IMG/VR virus record: IMGVR_UViG_3300032303_003678 | Coordinates: 1-45,421 of that record | DNA: 45,421 nt | DNA from: a virus | Lineage: Duplodnaviria; Caudoviricetes | Reading direction: 5' to 3' (one strand) | Part shown: piece by piece, positions 44,754-45,421 of the stretch | How positions within the stretch are numbered: position 1 is the stretch's first letter | How the letters are laid out: each line of letters begins with the position of its first letter | Notes under the pieces: generated by a model | What the model saw: only the letters and a program-made list of their open reading frames with translations | Database searches by the model: none | What the model was told of the DNA's origin: nothing | Translations under genes and position numbers: made by a program

Positions 44754-45421
44754 ATGGTCAAATCCTACGTAGAAAATTCAGCCGTATCAGATCTTGATTT
44801 CAAGCAGTCCGTACGCGTTGCCACTACGGGGGGCATAGTTCTTTCCGGCCTGCAGACTGTCGACCAGGTCTCCCTCTTGAACGGCGACAGGGTGCTCGTC
44901 AAAGACCAGGCGGAGGCGAGCCAGAACGGAATATACATCGCCTCGGCGGGGGCGTGGAACAGATCTCTTGACGCCAATATAAATTCAGAGGTCTCTTCCG
45001 GAATGATCCTCTTCGTGGAGGAAGGTTTTTCCAATGTGAGAAGCATATGGATACTTTCCACGAACGACCCCATATCCATAGGAACTACGCCGCTTTCGTT
45101 CGCCAAATTCATCGGCGCCCAAGGGACGCAGGGACAGCAGGGAGTTCAAGGAAATCAAGGAACGGCAGGCAGTCATGGCAGTCAAGGAATCAGTGGTAGT
45201 CAAGGAACAACTGGTTCACAAGGCATAACCGGAACCGCCGGTAGTCAAGGAACTCAAGGAACTCAAGGAACTCAAGGAACTCAAGGAACTCAAGGAGTCC
45301 AGGGAACCAAAGGTAGCCAAGATTTTACGACATCATTGGTGGCGGGTTCTGGAATTGTATTTGCATATGACTCAAATGCAGATACCTTGACGCTGTCTTT
45401 ACAAAATGTTCAAGGAGTTCA
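44754..45421 (+). CDS. Collagen-like tail fibre protein, 3'-truncated by window (not in ORF track)
   Basis: MVKSYVENSAVSDLDFKQSVRVATT..GDRVLVKDQ..QNGIY, then 23 Gly-X-Y triplets; no stop before the window end. Confidence 0.8.
   Translation, partial: MVKSYVENSAVSDLDFKQSVRVATTGGIVLSGLQTVDQVSLLNGDRVLVKDQAEASQNGIYIASAGAWNRSLDANINSEVSSGMILFVEEGFSNVRSIWILSTNDPISIGTTPLSFAKFIGAQGTQGQQGVQGNQGTAGSHGSQGISGSQGTTGSQGITGTAGSQGTQGTQGTQGTQGTQGVQGTKGSQDFTTSLVAGSGIVFAYDSNADTLTLSLQNVQGV
45114..45320 (+). repeat. Collagen-like G-X-Q repeat, including 5 x CAAGGAACT (45246-45290)
   Basis: Direct translation GAQGTQGQQGVQGNQ...GTQGTQGTQGTQGTQGVQGTKGSQ. Confidence 0.92.

Noticed and set aside
1-45421. Alternative genetic code (TAG or TGA recoding, as in some large phages)
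   Set aside because: Recognisable proteins are full length in code 11, coding density is high, and TAG and TGA stops fall at expected protein ends

Overview
This 45.4 kb window is part of a large tailed-phage genome (contractile-tail myovirus, distantly T4-like / jumbo-phage architecture), read in standard code 11. Bases 1-21.2 kb are a co-oriented tail module: end of the tape measure protein, CIS/GpU-like tube initiator, gp53/LysM, hub, Cys-rich gp5/VgrG-like spike, gp25, gp6/J, gp7/I-like wedge, and three paralogous PKD-domain proteins, one carrying a graded 39-bp tandem repeat. Bases 21-39.8 kb are a strand-alternating accessory and replication region. It holds an actin-fold ATPase most like the haloarchaeal volactin family, a DNA primase, a Cas4/AddB-like nuclease, a signal-peptide trypsin protease, an M4/M36 metalloprotease, MscL with a Zn ribbon, a ferritin-like protein, a very acidic D/E/W protein, the terminase large subunit and an NDP-sugar epimerase. 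Bases 39.8-45.4 kb are a modular tail-fibre cluster with an RHH regulator, a GT2 glycosyltransferase and a collagen-like fibre that runs off the end. Two promoter classes are visible: host sigma70-type promoters and a recurrent TA(A/T/G)ATA late-type motif that is palindromic at divergent gene junctions. I saw no rRNA, tRNA, CRISPR array, integrase or transposase. All product calls come from motif recognition by eye, not from database searches.
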